In this document: piece by piece, positions 1 to 12,329 of the stretch
How positions within the stretch are numbered: position 1 is the first letter of the stretch
How the letters are laid out: each line of letters starts with the position of its first letter
Assembly: GCF_030144855.1 (NCBI RefSeq)
Contig: NC_082712.1
Span: 172,360,001-172,424,000 of the forward strand
From: Hypanus sabinus
Taxonomy: Eukaryota
Reading direction: 5' to 3'
DNA: 64,000 nucleotides
Program-made: the position numbers and the translations under genes
The notes under the pieces: model-generated
What the model was told of the DNA's origin: nothing
Seen by the model: only the letters and a program-made list of their open reading frames with translations
The model's database searches: none

Positions 1-62
1 GCAACAGGAATTGACCCCAGATTGCTGACGTGGTAAAGCATTACGCTAACCACTATGCTACC
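1..62 (-). mobile_element. tRNA-derived SINE head (HE1/V-SINE-like), cut by window edge
   Basis: Minus strand GGTAGCATAGTGGTTAGCGTAATGC (A-box-like) ... GGGTCAATTCC (B-box-like). Confidence 0.6.
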
Positions 63-83
63 CTGCTGCCCACTATGCTACCA

Positions 84-340
84 AAGGAGATGTACGTGGC
101 AAGTTCTTTACACTGGGGGTGGTGAGTGCCTGGAATGTACTGTCAGGCAAATGCATTCAAAGCAATTAAGAGGGTCTTAAATAGGCACAGGAATGTACAG
201 AGAATGGAGGTATAAGGACATTGTGTAAACAGAAGGCATTAGTTTTGTTAGGCATTTAATTACCAGTTTAATTAGTTTGGCATAGACATGATAGGCTGAA
301 TGGCCTGTTTCTGTGCTATACTTAACTGTTCTATTTTCTA
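84..340 (+). mobile_element. CR1 LINE 3' fragment
   Basis: ggtggtgagtgcctggaat...ggctgaatggcctgtttctgtgctata is a typical CR1 3' end. Confidence 0.7.
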
Positions 341-764
341 TTATAGCAATAAATCAGCCATCCAGCTAAGAAATCTGGCCTGCATGTGATTCCAGACTCA
401 TGGTAATGTTGTTGACACTCCATTGCCCTCTCAAATAATTGAGCAGGTCACTGAGAATTGGGGCAGAAAAAAACTACAAACCTTGATCAAAAGAACTGGA
501 AGCTGAAAGAATTCAGTGGATCAAGCCTCATTTTGAGAGGCAAAAGTTGTATGTCAATATTTTGGGTCGAGATTCCACATCTCAAAACACCAGTGTAATC
601 TGTTCCTCTAAAGATGCTGTTCGACACAGTTCTGTCTTATTTTGGGGCAACTCTACAAAGAGTATTATCATCTTGTGAATTAATAAAAATGTTGCTATAA
701 CCATACAACATGAATCATAAGTGAAGTCAGTATTGCAGCATCACAATATTACAAAGACATGGTG

Positions 765-1143
765 ACTCATCATCACCGTGATGTGCCATGTCGTATGACC
801 CTGGTGATTGTGGTTACTCCATGACCATGATTGTTCTTGGCAAATTTTTCTCCAGAAGTGGTTTGCCATTGCCTCCTTCTGGCCAGTGTCTTTACAAGAC
901 GGGTGAGTCCAGCCATTATCAATACTCTTCAGGGATTGTCTGCCCAGCATCAGTGGTCGCATAACCAAGACTTATGATATGCACCAGCTGCTCATACGAC
1001 CGTCCACTACCTGCTCCCATGGCTTCACATGAGCAGGGGGCAAAGCAGGTGCTACACCATGCTCAAGGGTGTCCTGCAGGCTTGCAGAGGGAAGAAGTGT
1101 CTCATACCTTCTTTGGTAGAGATATATCTCCAACCTGCTACCT
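765..1143 (-). mobile_element. Non-autonomous RTE-related element (SINE-like)
   Basis: Contains AGAAGTGGTTTGCCATTGCC, which I recognise from RTE/BovB-related elements, and ends in a (GAT)n-like tail on the minus strand. Confidence 0.5.
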
Positions 1144-2125
1144 GATTATTATATGATTACACTTCATACACACTGTAACTATCCTCCAATATAGGCAACA
1201 CACACAAATGCTGGAGGAGTTCAGCAGGCCAGAAACCATCTATGGAAAAGAGTAAACAGTGTTTCTGCCCAAGACTGGGAAAAAGAAATGAGAAGTCATA
1301 GCAAGAAGGTGAGAGAAGGGGTATGACTAGTATAGGTCAATCTCTATTACTGGAAAGGCAATGAGATGCCTATTTTAGAAACAAACAGCAACAGTAAATC
1401 TGGTCAGAACCTACAACAATTTTGCAGTGAACCATATACCTGTCCTCAATTGAAACTGCAGAGTGATTTATATGAACAATACCGTTATTTTGGCAATAGA
1501 TTCTGCTGCATCTAAAGAGACTAAATTACATTAAGCTCCTCTGCCAAAGGAAATACATTGAGCATCACATAATAAGATTTTGCTCAATGATAAAAGATAA
1601 TTCCTCCTTAATTGATCTAGCTCGTTGCAAAGATAAAGCTTGCTTTCATTGATAATCTTCCTGTTTAACATCATAAATGCATAATTATATCTGCAAAGTT
1701 ATTTGTGACAGACTCCTTTGGGAAAATTAGCAATAACTGTCTTTACTACCAATTACATGTCTTAATTTATCTCACTAATCATCTAACATAACAGATTATA
1801 TAAGAACTGATAACAATGCTTTGCCTAGTGACGTAACATTGCAGAAATTTCACTAATATTTTACAGTGTATACTGCTTTAAACAACTGTTAGGAGTTTTC
1901 AGAGTCTAACACTTTTCAATGTGCACTTAATAGTAGCTGTGTATTTATAATATTACACACATCAGATTCAACTAAATCTGCAATTGTCTCCAAACAAGAT
2001 TTAATGACAATAATGAACTAGAAATGTTTATGAATTAGTTACACTTTACAAGAACTGAAAAAACAAGCTAACCCAACAAATCACTTGTTTGAGAGTATGT
2101 GCAATGTATCCTTACAAAGACTGCA

Positions 2126-3408
2126 GAGCACAGGGTCCCCCAGGTCTGTGTGCTCAGTCCACTGCTGTTCACTCTGTTGACCCATGACTGTGCTGCAACA
2201 CACAGCTCGAACCACATCATCAAGTTCACCAATGACATGGCCGTAGTGGGTCTCATCAGTAAGCACGATGAGAAGATGACGATTGTTTAGCTGCTCTGAA
2301 CTTTTGCTCCGTCATTCTCCCTATCTTTGCACTATACGTCTCCATTCTTAAACCTTAGTTAGGTATTTTATTAGGTCTCTTTTACTTGCCTGCGAACATG
2401 TCTATCTTATAATGGCTACCAAAAGTACTAAAATCGGGAAAAAGGAAACTTCTACGGCTTTGCAGGCTGACATTCTCGCTACTTTGGAGTAAGCACAATG
2501 AGTCAGCTTACAGAGCGGAGGTGCAGCGGCTAACGGACTGGTGCAGAGCCAACGACCTGTCTCTGAATGTGAACAAAACAAAAGAGATGGTTGTTGACTT
2601 CAGGAGGACACGGAGCGACCACACTCTACTGAACATCGACGGCTCCTTGGTAGAGATCGTAAAGTGTACCAAATTTCTTGGTGTTCACCTGGTGGAGAAT
2701 CTCACCTGGTCCCTCAACACCAGCTCCATAGCAAAGAAAGCCCAGCAGCGTCTCTACTTTCTGTGAAGGCTGAGGAAAGTCCATCACCCACCCCCCCCCA
2801 TCCTCATCACATTCTACAGAGGATGTATCGAGAGCATCCTGAGCATCTGCATCACTGCCTGGCTCAGGAATTGCACCATCTCAGATCGCAAGACTCTGCA
2901 GCGGATAGTGAGGTCAGCTGAGAAGATCATCAGGGTCTCTCTTCCCGCCATTACAGACATTTACATTACACGCTGCATCTGCAAAGCAAACAGCATTGTG
3001 AAGGACACCACGCACCCCTCATACAAACTCTTCTCCCTACTGGCATCTGGGAAAAGGCATCAAAGCATGTCAGCTCTCACAACCAGACTGTGCAACAGCT
3101 TCTTCCCCCAAGCCATCAGACTCCTCAATACCCAGAATCTGGACTGACACCAACTTACTGCCTCTACTGTGCCTATTGTCTTGTTTATTATTTATTGTAA
3201 TGCCTGCATTGTTTTGTGCACTTTATGCAGTCCTGGGTAGGTCTGTAGTCTAGTGTAGTTTTTTCTGTGTTGTTTTTACGTAGCTCAGTGTAGTTTTTGT
3301 ACTGTTTCATATCGCACCATGGTTCTGAAAAACTATCTCGCTTTTACTGTGTACTGTGCCAGCAGTTATGGTCGAAATGACAATAAAAAGTGAATTAACT
3401 TGACTTGA
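2126..3408 (+). mobile_element. Rex1/Babar LINE, 5'-truncated, interrupted at 2273-2487
   Basis: RT remnants [43 protein letters not shown], with stops and frameshifts, and a (CTTGA)n tail. Confidence 0.9.
2273..2487 (+). mobile_element. 215-bp insert resembling an L1 5'UTR plus ORF1 start, flanked by a 15-bp duplication
   Basis: Flanks AGTAAGCACGATGAG (2258-2272) and AGTAAGCACAATGAG (2488-2502). Starts AAGATGACG. ATG at 2412 gives MATKSTKIGKKETSTALQADILATLE*. Confidence 0.55.
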
Positions 3409-4109
3409 AGTCCAAAAATACTCTAGTGATTATCGTTGTCTTTAAAGAGTGCGTTGTTTTGTACTCCTCTTCAGTGCAATCTCCAAACCTCCCTGATCTA
3501 ATGAGTATATTAATCCTTCATGACTAATTCTATTGTAAATTCTTGAAAGTCCTGCATGTGGAATATTTAGCAAGATTATTTCCATTGTCTGTTATTTAAT
3601 TTTTTTTTATATTGTACTTGTGGATTATCATTCTGTCAGATAAATAATTTAAAATTGTGCTTTTTAAATAATAAAAGGAATTTTGTGGAGAAATGTCACC
3701 AACGTGTGGAATTTTCACAAATATGTGAGCAAACAAAGACACTCTAAACTAGCTCACAGACATTTACTGGTGTTGGTTGATCATGTTCCAGTGTACATCT
3801 GCATTGAGGCCAGAAACAGAGGTGTAGAATTGCATCAAATTCACAACATGTTTGTGGTTAATTTGTACAAATCACCGTGAGTTCTCCTCTGCTGCTTCAA
3901 TGAATGTGAAAAATACAAGCCTTCAAGTTCAGTATTTTTAGTTTTTTTTTTAAGTTGAGTACACTTGAAAGTGTTTAAATGCAGTCACCAACTTTAATGT
4001 TTAACTGTGCTTCTCTCTTCAACTAACCTACTGAGTATTTACAGCAAGTTTTGTGTTTATTTCAGATTTCAATCTTCTACAGTTTTTTGCTTTGAGTTTA
4101 AAGCAAATA

Positions 4110-4935
4110 TTAAAAGTCCAAAGTACATTTATTATCAAAGTATGTACCAACGTTGAGATTTGCCTCCTTACAGGCAGCTCCAAAACAAAGAAACCAAATA
4201 GAACCCCTTAAAAAATGAAGACCGTCAAACACCCAATATTCAGAAAAAAACCCAACTCCTACAAACAATAAAAAAAGCAAATAACTTTCAGAACTAAAAT
4301 TCATGATGTGAGTTCACAGCCCATGAAGCCATTCATAGCCGATCCAGGACCCCATCAGTTCAGTGCAGAGATGAGCAAACCTCACTGAGCAGCAAGCTGA
4401 ACACCAGCCCGTTCCACTCCACTAGCCCTGACACCCTGACTTTTACAATCAGGCCCAGTGCTTAAATCAGCCATACAGTGGGTCATTCCTCACTCTCGGA
4501 CCTGGGCCCTGCCACTTTGCTACGTTTGGGCCCGGGACCTGCTACCTCGATTCCGTCTGTACCTGACCTTTCCAATCTGGCTTGGTGCTTAAGTTGGTCC
4601 AGCATCAGCTTACTCGTCGCTCATGAGGCAGGGCCCCCCTGCCTTGACTCTGCAGCTTCAAATCGCTTCCAAAACCACCTCAACAATTGCTGAACATTGG
4701 TTTGATCCCAGCTCTTGGAACTGTGCTCCACAATCTCAATTAGGTCCATACATGCCATGCACAACTATCATGCACCTTCGAGACTTCAATACAAGGTTGT
4801 ATAGGTGGTTCAAAAGTTATGGAAGTTACAGGCTATCGATTGCAGTGATTGTTTTTGACAAGAAGTGTGATTAATAATTAGTATTTTTGTTTGCTGGCAG
4901 CAAGTCATCACTGTGCTTCACCAGCACAATTTTAA
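4110..4935 (-). mobile_element. Non-coding retroelement (caaagtacatttattatcaaag tail family)
   Basis: The same tail motif recurs near 9950-10020, 13800-13858, 17395, 28750-28812 and 45447. Confidence 0.5.
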
Positions 4936-5419
4936 ACAGGAAACTGCAGAAGGTGGAAATCTGATAGATTTTGAATATTTTCTGTATATCATAACCATTT
5001 ACAGTTTACGATAGTGGGTGATAGCCTTGGAAAGCTTCTGAATGTTATAAACATTTAGAAGTAGCAAGCAATTAGAAAGGAAAATAACAGGCTGGTCTTT
5101 ATTACAAGTGGGTTGAAATGCAAGAGTTATAGACTGATTGAGTAGTAAGAAACAGTTTTGGTCTCCTTAGGTTGAGCAAGTTAGGGCATTTTTCATTGGA
5201 GCAAAGGAGGATGAGAGGTGACTTGACATAGGTGGACAAGATAAGAGGCATAGACAAACTGAATAGTCAGGGACCTTCTCCCAGGGTGGAAATGGCTAAA
5301 ACGAAGTCATGAAGTCAAAACTTAAGCAGTTTAAAAATGAAGTTGGAGGAACGGAAGGGAAAAAGGGTTTGGGGTAGGTAGGAAAGAAAAGAGAAAGAAA
5401 AATGCTATTTCAATGGACA

Positions 5420-5820
5420 AAAAACATCAAAGATGACAGGGTCACTGTCACATTAATGATTTTGTTTTTTAGGTGGTCTATTTCATTCACAGAGATCAGT
5501 GGTCCTCATACAGTGTCACACTACTAGCTCTTAATGTTTTATGTAGAGTATAACACCATGCAACTATCCATTTTTAAAAATGTTTTTAACAGGATGTCAC
5601 GTGGGCTGTTGTAAGTTGTTGGAGATGTGGGTTGAGTTCCACTGATCTAGACTGACAACCTGATATCCCTTTTTTGTCACTGCCCCAAGACAAATTAATC
5701 AATTTCTAAGAAAAGTGCTCCTATGTGACACTAAACTGGCAATTTGAATCAGAAAGACTTGCTGTACCTCATGGATTGTCTGATGCAGTGCTCACTCTCT
5801 AGGATTAATTACACTGGGGA
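5420..5820. promoter_or_regulatory. Candidate enhancer: MEIS/TALE motif cluster
   Basis: Seven TGACA cores in ~300 bp, plus ACATCAAAG, GTCACGTG and GGATTAATTA. Non-repetitive. Confidence 0.45.
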
Positions 5821-6163
5821 AAAACAAATATTAAAGGGAGAAAGGTAAAAGAAAATATCCAAACATCTGGTGCTTCCAAAAGTAACTAAAATACAGAGGG
5901 AATAAATAAGATTGTTCAGATTGAGTTGGTCACGATTTTAGACTAGGGTTCGCTTTTTTCTTTCACTTCATGCAGCCCTTTTAAATGAAAAGGACCAATA
6001 ACCTATGTGGTATCCATCAGACTCTCCTTTCCTAAATAGACAATAGGTACAGAAGTAGACCATTCAGCCCTTCGAGCCTGCACTGCCATATCCTCTGAAA
6101 TGAATGCTGACATTGCATTGGCCTTCTTTACTATCAACTCAACATACAAGTTAACCTTTAGGA

Positions 6164-6235
6164 CAGGGGTTGAGGCCCATGGACCCCTTGCTTAATGGTA
6201 CTGGTCCACAGTGTAAAAAAGGTTTGGAACCCCTA
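6164..6235. mobile_element. hAT/Charlie-like MITE (~75 bp)
   Basis: CAGGGGTT...AACCCCTA termini with an 8-bp TSD CTTTAGGA/CTTTAGGG. Sister copies at 10869 and 25238. Confidence 0.75.
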
Positions 6236-6540
6236 CTTTAGGGAGTCATGCACTAGCGCTCCCAATTCCTTTTGCACCTCAAATTTATGAATACCCTGCA
6301 CAATGTATTAATACTTTCTTATTTCTTAACTCCAATCCCTCTTGCCTATATAGACCAGTAAGCCGACTTCACTTTTCAACTACGTTACAGCTGCAGACTA
6401 ACTTTTTGCACATGAAATCTTATCTATCTAGATCATCAAAATCAATAATCACAAAATTCTGCTTCATCGGTATGATCCTGAAATGAAAATTCTATATCTC
6501 AAGTTAAATTCTATATACTTTTTTTTCCGGAATTTTAATA

Positions 6541-9404
6541 CAGGTTGAATAGCCCTTAACCGAAGTGCCTGGGGCTTGTAGTGTTTCAGATATTGAATTT
6601 TGGAATATATTATGGGATAACTTGGGATTGCTATCTTTCCTCTGAACTTATGTGCTACTGGTAAGAAGTCTTTGTCTTACAATTGTTCATCACACATACA
6701 GTAGGTACTAACAATAAAAATTATTACAAACCATTAATATAATGAAAATATAACGTGTGCAGGGTAACAAAAGCAGCTCAGCAGCATCGGGATAATATCT
6801 CAAGTGACTGTTGAACAACAACAAACAGCAGCAGGCTTTCTGTCTCCACCTAGACGACGTGTTTTGATTAAGAAGTTACAGTACACTGTACTTGTATTTT
6901 TTTAAAGTTTTTTTTGTAAGGTATAAAAACAATCAGCATCGTAGAACTTATTCTAGTGCTAGATTTTCATCAGTGACAATTTTTGAAAATTCATCAATGA
7001 ATTTCTCTGCTGCTTCCTGATGCTTTAAAAACGAGCCTTTTTAAAAAAAATTCTGCAGCCATCCGCTGAATATTCACAATTAACTTCAATTTTCAGTTTG
7101 TCGTGATATATCATTGCTTGTTTCATGATCAGCATAGCATTAGTCAAGTCAAGTTTATTGTCATTTCGACCATAGACTGCTGGTACAGTACACAGTAAAA
7201 ACAAAACAACGCTCCTCCAGGACCCTGGTGCTACATTGAACGACACAAAACTAGACTATGTGAGACAGCACAAGGCTACACTAGGCTACATAAAACAACA
7301 TAAAAACTGCACCAAACTACAGACCTGCACAGGACTACATAAAGTGCACAAAACAGTGCAGGGCAGTACAATAATTAATAAACAGGACAGTAGGCACAGT
7401 AGAGGACAAATTACAATGTAATAACAAATGATGTAGATGTCAGTCTGAGTATTGAGGGGTCTGATGACTTGGGAGAAGAAACTGCTGCACAGTCTGGTTG
7501 TGAGAGCCCGAATGCTTTGGTACCTTTTGCCAGGAGGGAGAAGAGTTTGTTCTGAGGGGTGTGTGGGGTCCTCAACAATGCTGTTAGCTTTGTGGGTGCA
7601 GCGTGTGGTGTAAATGTCTGTAACAGCAGGAAGAGAGACCCCAGTGATCTTCTCAGCTGACCTCACTATCCGCTGCAGGGTCTTGCGATCTGAGATGGTG
7701 CAATTCCTGAGCCAGGCAGTGATGCAGATGCTCAGGATGCTCTCGATACATCCTCTGTAGAATGTGATGAGGATGGGGGGTAGGTGATGGACTTTCCTCA
7801 GCCTTCGCAGGAAGTAGAGGCGCTGCTGGGCTTTCTTTGCTATAGAGCTGGTGTTGAGGGACCAGGTGAGATCCTCCATCAGGTGATCGCCAAGAAATTT
7901 TGGTGCTCCTAACGATCTCTACTGAGGAAACGTCGATGTTCAGCGGGAAGTGGTCGCTCCGTGCCCTCCTGAAGTCAACAACCACCTCTTTTGTTTTGTT
8001 CACATTCAGAGACAGGTTGTTGGCTCTGCACCAGTCCATTAACCGCTGCACCTCCTCTCTGACTACTGACTTGTCGTTCTTGCTGATGAGACCCACCACG
8101 GTCATGTCATTGGCGAACTTGATGATGTGATTTGAGCTGTGTATTGCTGCACAGTTGTGGGTCAGAGGTGAACAGCAGTGGACTAGCACACAGCCCTGGG
8201 GAGCCCACGTGCTCGGTGTGATGGTGTTGGAGATGCAGCTCCTGATCCCGACTGACTGAGGTCTCCCAGTCAGGAAGTCTAGGATCCAGTTGCAGAGGGA
8301 GGTGTTCAGGCCCAGCAGTTTCAGCTTTCCAATCAGGAAATGAGGAATGTTTATGTTGAATGCTGAACTGAAATCTATGAACAGCATTCAAACGTATGTG
8401 TCTTTTTTGTCCAGGTGGAGGATGGTGGTGATGGCATCATTTGCTGAGCAGTTGGGACAATACGCTAACTGCTGGGAGTCCAGTGAGGGGTCTTCATGTG
8501 CCTCATGACAAGTTCTCGAAATACTTCATGATGGATGTGACCGCAACGGGACAGTAATCATTGAAGCTGGACACTGAAGACTTTTTTGGCATGGGGACAA
8601 AGGTGGCGGCCTTGAAGCACTTTGGAATGATGGTGCTGCTCAGGGAGATGTTGAAGATGTTAGTGAGAACATCTACCAGCTGGTCTGCACATCCTCTGAG
8701 CACTCTGTCAGGAATATTGTCTGGACCAGCAGCCTTCCATGGGTTGACCCTGCATAGAGTTTTCCTCACATCGGCCAGGGTAAGACACAGCACCTGGTCA
8801 TTAGGAGGAGAAGTGGTCTTCCTCTCCACCATGTCATTTTCTGCCTCGAAAAGAATGTAGAAGTTGTTCAACACATCTGGGAGGGAGGCATCACCAGAAC
8901 AGGCAGGTGATGTTGCCCTGTAGTTGGTGATGTCCTGAATGCCCTTCCACATGCACTGCGTGTTGCCGCTGTCCTGGAAGTGACTGTGGATTCGCTGGGT
9001 GTGTGCACGCTTTGCCTCCGATGGCCTGGGACAGTTTGGCCCTCGCTGTTGTTAAGGCTGCCTTGTTGCCTGCTCTGAAGGCAGAGTCAAGGGTCCTCAG
9101 CAACGCACGCACCTCCACGGTCATCCAGATATATGTTTACTCTGATGATGACAAATCCACTCTTTCAATATGTGATCCAGATCTTTATTTTTTTGCTTTA
9201 TTGTTTTTCTACTTTTCATTAACTTCTGTTCATTACAAATGTGAGGTCATTTCTCAGAACTGCTGTGGTGTGCAGGGACCTGTGCATCAGCTGGGCACAG
9301 GGCCTTGTGGAATTTTCCATTATGACTTCATGCCAGAGCTCAAAAAATTATTGAATTTGGAAGTTTTCGGATTTTGGATTTTTGGAAAAGGGGTACTCAA
9401 CCTG
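6541..9404. mobile_element. Tigger/pogo-like non-autonomous DNA transposon containing a nested Rex1
   Basis: Left TIR CAGGTTGAATAGCCCTTAACC, right TIR (reverse complement) CAGGTTGAGTACCCCTTTTCC, TA at 6539-6540 and 9405-9406. Confidence 0.8.
7142..9127 (-). mobile_element. Rex1/Babar LINE, ~2 kb, 5'-truncated and frameshifted
   Basis: ORFs 8503..8952 ([15 protein letters not shown]), 7653..8387 (LFIDFSSAFN, PQGCVL, KFAND) and 7286..7879. Tail tcaagtcaagtttattgtc. Confidence 0.93.
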
Positions 9405-10868
9405 TAGTTGGAATTTTCAAACAAAACCTGGGAGGTTTGTCAATATTCTAACGCAATTGCAAAGCACTTAGCTGTTTTTGTTGGACAAAGTACTGAGCTG
9501 CTGTCAACAGTTCCTCATGCACAAGTCTTGCACAGTTGGCAACAGCCTTAAAGTAAACTTGGCGGAGTTATTTAAGCCAGCTATCAACATAGCCTGGCAA
9601 AGAATGAGTATCGTCATGGGTCTCGTGCAACATAAAAGCTATTTTCTTTGGAAGAAAAGCTGCAAGCTAGATTCACAAAATAAATCCAGGTCACAAATGG
9701 CTTTGGGACACTGTAAATACCTTTATAATTATCTCTATTGTTATGTAAGGAAGCAGAGTCGGGGGATTGGCTCAACCTCAGAGTGGCTTCTAGTCAACTG
9801 AGCTAATGTCAATTTAACAGTACTCTGGCTCCTGGGAGCCAATAGAAATGTTACTATTCGAGCTGAAATAATCTCCCCATTCACTTACACCACTCTCTTT
9901 TGTTACAACTAGTTTAAACTTTGTGTTTATTTGTATCTACCGTGAATGCCTGTAAGAAAATCAATCTCGGTGTAGAATATGGTGATGTGCACATTGATAA
10001 TACATTTATTTTGAACTTTGAAGTTTTGGTTCCAACAAGCCCTCACACATTAAAGTAAGAAGTGAGTCACTTACCTTTTCACTCACATCAGCTACTCCAT
10101 TTCAAGTACATTGTGTTGAGTGATTCAAGCCATCCAGAGCAAAGTATGTGAGGCTGTGCTTCTGTGATCTGTCCCTGTACTCAGTGTTGACTCCAACACC
10201 GGATATGAAGTCAGGCACCCCACCTCCCACCTCTAGCTTGTCTCTGAACTTCATGTTTCACTGCACAAGCTCTGAACACAAAACAAACTGAGAAGAGAGA
10301 TAGAGATGGCTAGTGGTTCCCAATGGAGTCTGCAGTAAGAGGTGAGCACATTCTACTGAATATATATGATGCTAGTGTCTTGCAAGCACAGAGACCCAAA
10401 TTATTCAAGTGTCCCCAAAGAGAAGAGTCTAATGTAAAGTGCGTGTGTCCTTATATCCCTTCAGGGAATGTAAAGCCATGGGAAATGGAGCAAGAGTTGG
10501 GATGGGGGGGGGGGGGGGTGGAGGTCGTAAACCTGCATGTTCTCACCCTATATACACCTCTCATAATGTTATTTACTTCTTTAAGAACTCTGCTCATTCT
10601 GAGAAATAAAGTCTTAACCTATTCAACTTTCCCTATAACTCAGGACTTCAAGTACTGGCAATACCTTTGTAAATTTTCTCTGTATTCTTTCAAGCTTATT
10701 GATATCTTTCCTTTAGGTAGGTGACCAGAAGAGCACACATTACTCTAAATTTGGCCTCATCGACACCTTGTACGACTAGCATTTTATCAAGATCTCCTTC
10801 CTCAACACACTTTTCCCGCACAGTGCATCTTGTACATTCCAATGAAGTAGTCTCTTATTCTTCTAGAT

Positions 10869-10947
10869 CAGGGATTCCCAACCTGGGGTCCACTGACCCC
10901 TTGCTTAATAGTATTGGCACATGGCATTAAAAGGTTGGGAAACTCTG
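10869..10947. mobile_element. hAT/Charlie-like MITE
   Basis: CAGGGATTCCCAACC...GGTTGGGAAACTCTG with a degenerate 8-bp TSD TTCTAGAT/TTCTGAAT. Confidence 0.75.
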
Positions 10948-11574
10948 TTCTGAATCATGGAGATACATACAGGTCTAGTCTGAGTCAAAAGTGTAATAAC
11001 TGTCTCATCATGTGACAATCCCATCATCTCTAAAACACCTTCACTGCTTACGTTATTCTACTTTTAGCCAAGGAAATCAAAAGTAAACAGAATAAGTGGA
11101 GGTTGATGGGTTCTTGATTAGTAAGGGCATCAAAGGATAGGGGGGAAAGGCAAGAGAATGGGTTGAGAGAGATAAATCAGCCATACCCTAGATAAAATTA
11201 ATCTCTCAACTATCATCACTAAAAAGCAGATTAACTGGTCATTCGTTTTCATCAGACTCTTCTTCCGCATAAACTGGTTACAGTTGTTCCGCACATCAAC
11301 ATTGGTAAACATCACGTGCCGAGGTACAGTGAAAAAACCTGCCTTGCATACTGTCAGTACAGATTAACTCATTACAATTTGCATAGCGGTAGGACAAGGT
11401 GAAACAATAACAAGAGGTCAGAATAAAGTATTACCATACAGCAAAAATGCAGTGCATGTAGACAATAGAGTGCAAGGACACAATGAGGTAGATTGTGAGA
11501 TCAAGCGTCCATCTTATCATACCACAGTTTAAGGAGAATTCAAGAGCTGTGGAACAACTTGAGGAAGTGGTTGG

Positions 11575-12145
11575 TGCTATATCCATCAGATATAGGAGCA
11601 GAAGTAGGCCATTTGGCCCATCAAGTCTGCTCTGCCATTTCATCATGGCAGATCCATTTTTCTCTCAGCCCCAATCATCTGCCTTCTCTCTGTATCCCTT
11701 CATACCCTTACCAATTAAGAATTTGTCACCTTCTGCCAGAAATATACATACAGACTTGGCCTCCACAGCTGCCTGTGGCAACACTTTCTGGCTAAGGAAA
11801 TTCCTCCTCATCTCTGTTCTAAAAGGATGCTCCTCTACTCCGAGGTTGTGTTCTCTGGTCTTAAGACTCTCTCACCCTTAGAAACATCCTCTCCACATCC
11901 ACTCTATCAAGGCCTTTCACCATTAGATAGATTTCAATTAGGTCACCTCTTATTCTTCTGAATTCTAGTGAATACAAGTCCAGAGCCATTGAATGCTCTT
12001 CATGACAAGCCATTCAATTCTGGAATCATTGGTGAACCACCTTGAACCCTCTCCAGTGTCAGCACATCTTTTTAAGATAAAGGGCCCAAAATGGCTCACA
12101 ATTCTCCAAGTGAGGCCTCACCAGTGCTTTATAAAGCCTCAACAT
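11575..12145 (-). mobile_element. CR1 LINE 3' fragment
   Basis: ataggagcagaagtaggccatt...gaaattcctcctcatctc...tctccaagtgaggcctcaccagtgctttata is the reverse complement of the CR1 ORF2 C-terminus and 3'UTR. Confidence 0.8.
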
Positions 12146-12329
12146 TATGAATCATCACAAGCTGTTTTTTATTCTCTTTATCTTTAGGATTAAAAGCTGT
12201 ATTATTACATCCTCTATCTGCTCAATGAGAAAACATTGAGGATATCACCTCACTTCTTTCTCCTCCTTCACTCACTCATCTACCTTCATTTAACACAGTC
12301 CATTCACTGGTCCCTCTCCCCTCCCTTTC

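Noticed and set aside
7286-8952. Longest ORFs (197, 244 and 149 aa) as a host or novel reverse transcriptase gene
   Set aside because: They are frameshifted pieces of a 5'-truncated Rex1 ORF with a degenerate catalytic motif (FAND).
10499-10523. G-quadruplex-forming poly-G tracts (also ~26580 and ~37817)
   Set aside because: Simple homopolymers with no supporting context, and their lengths are error-prone.
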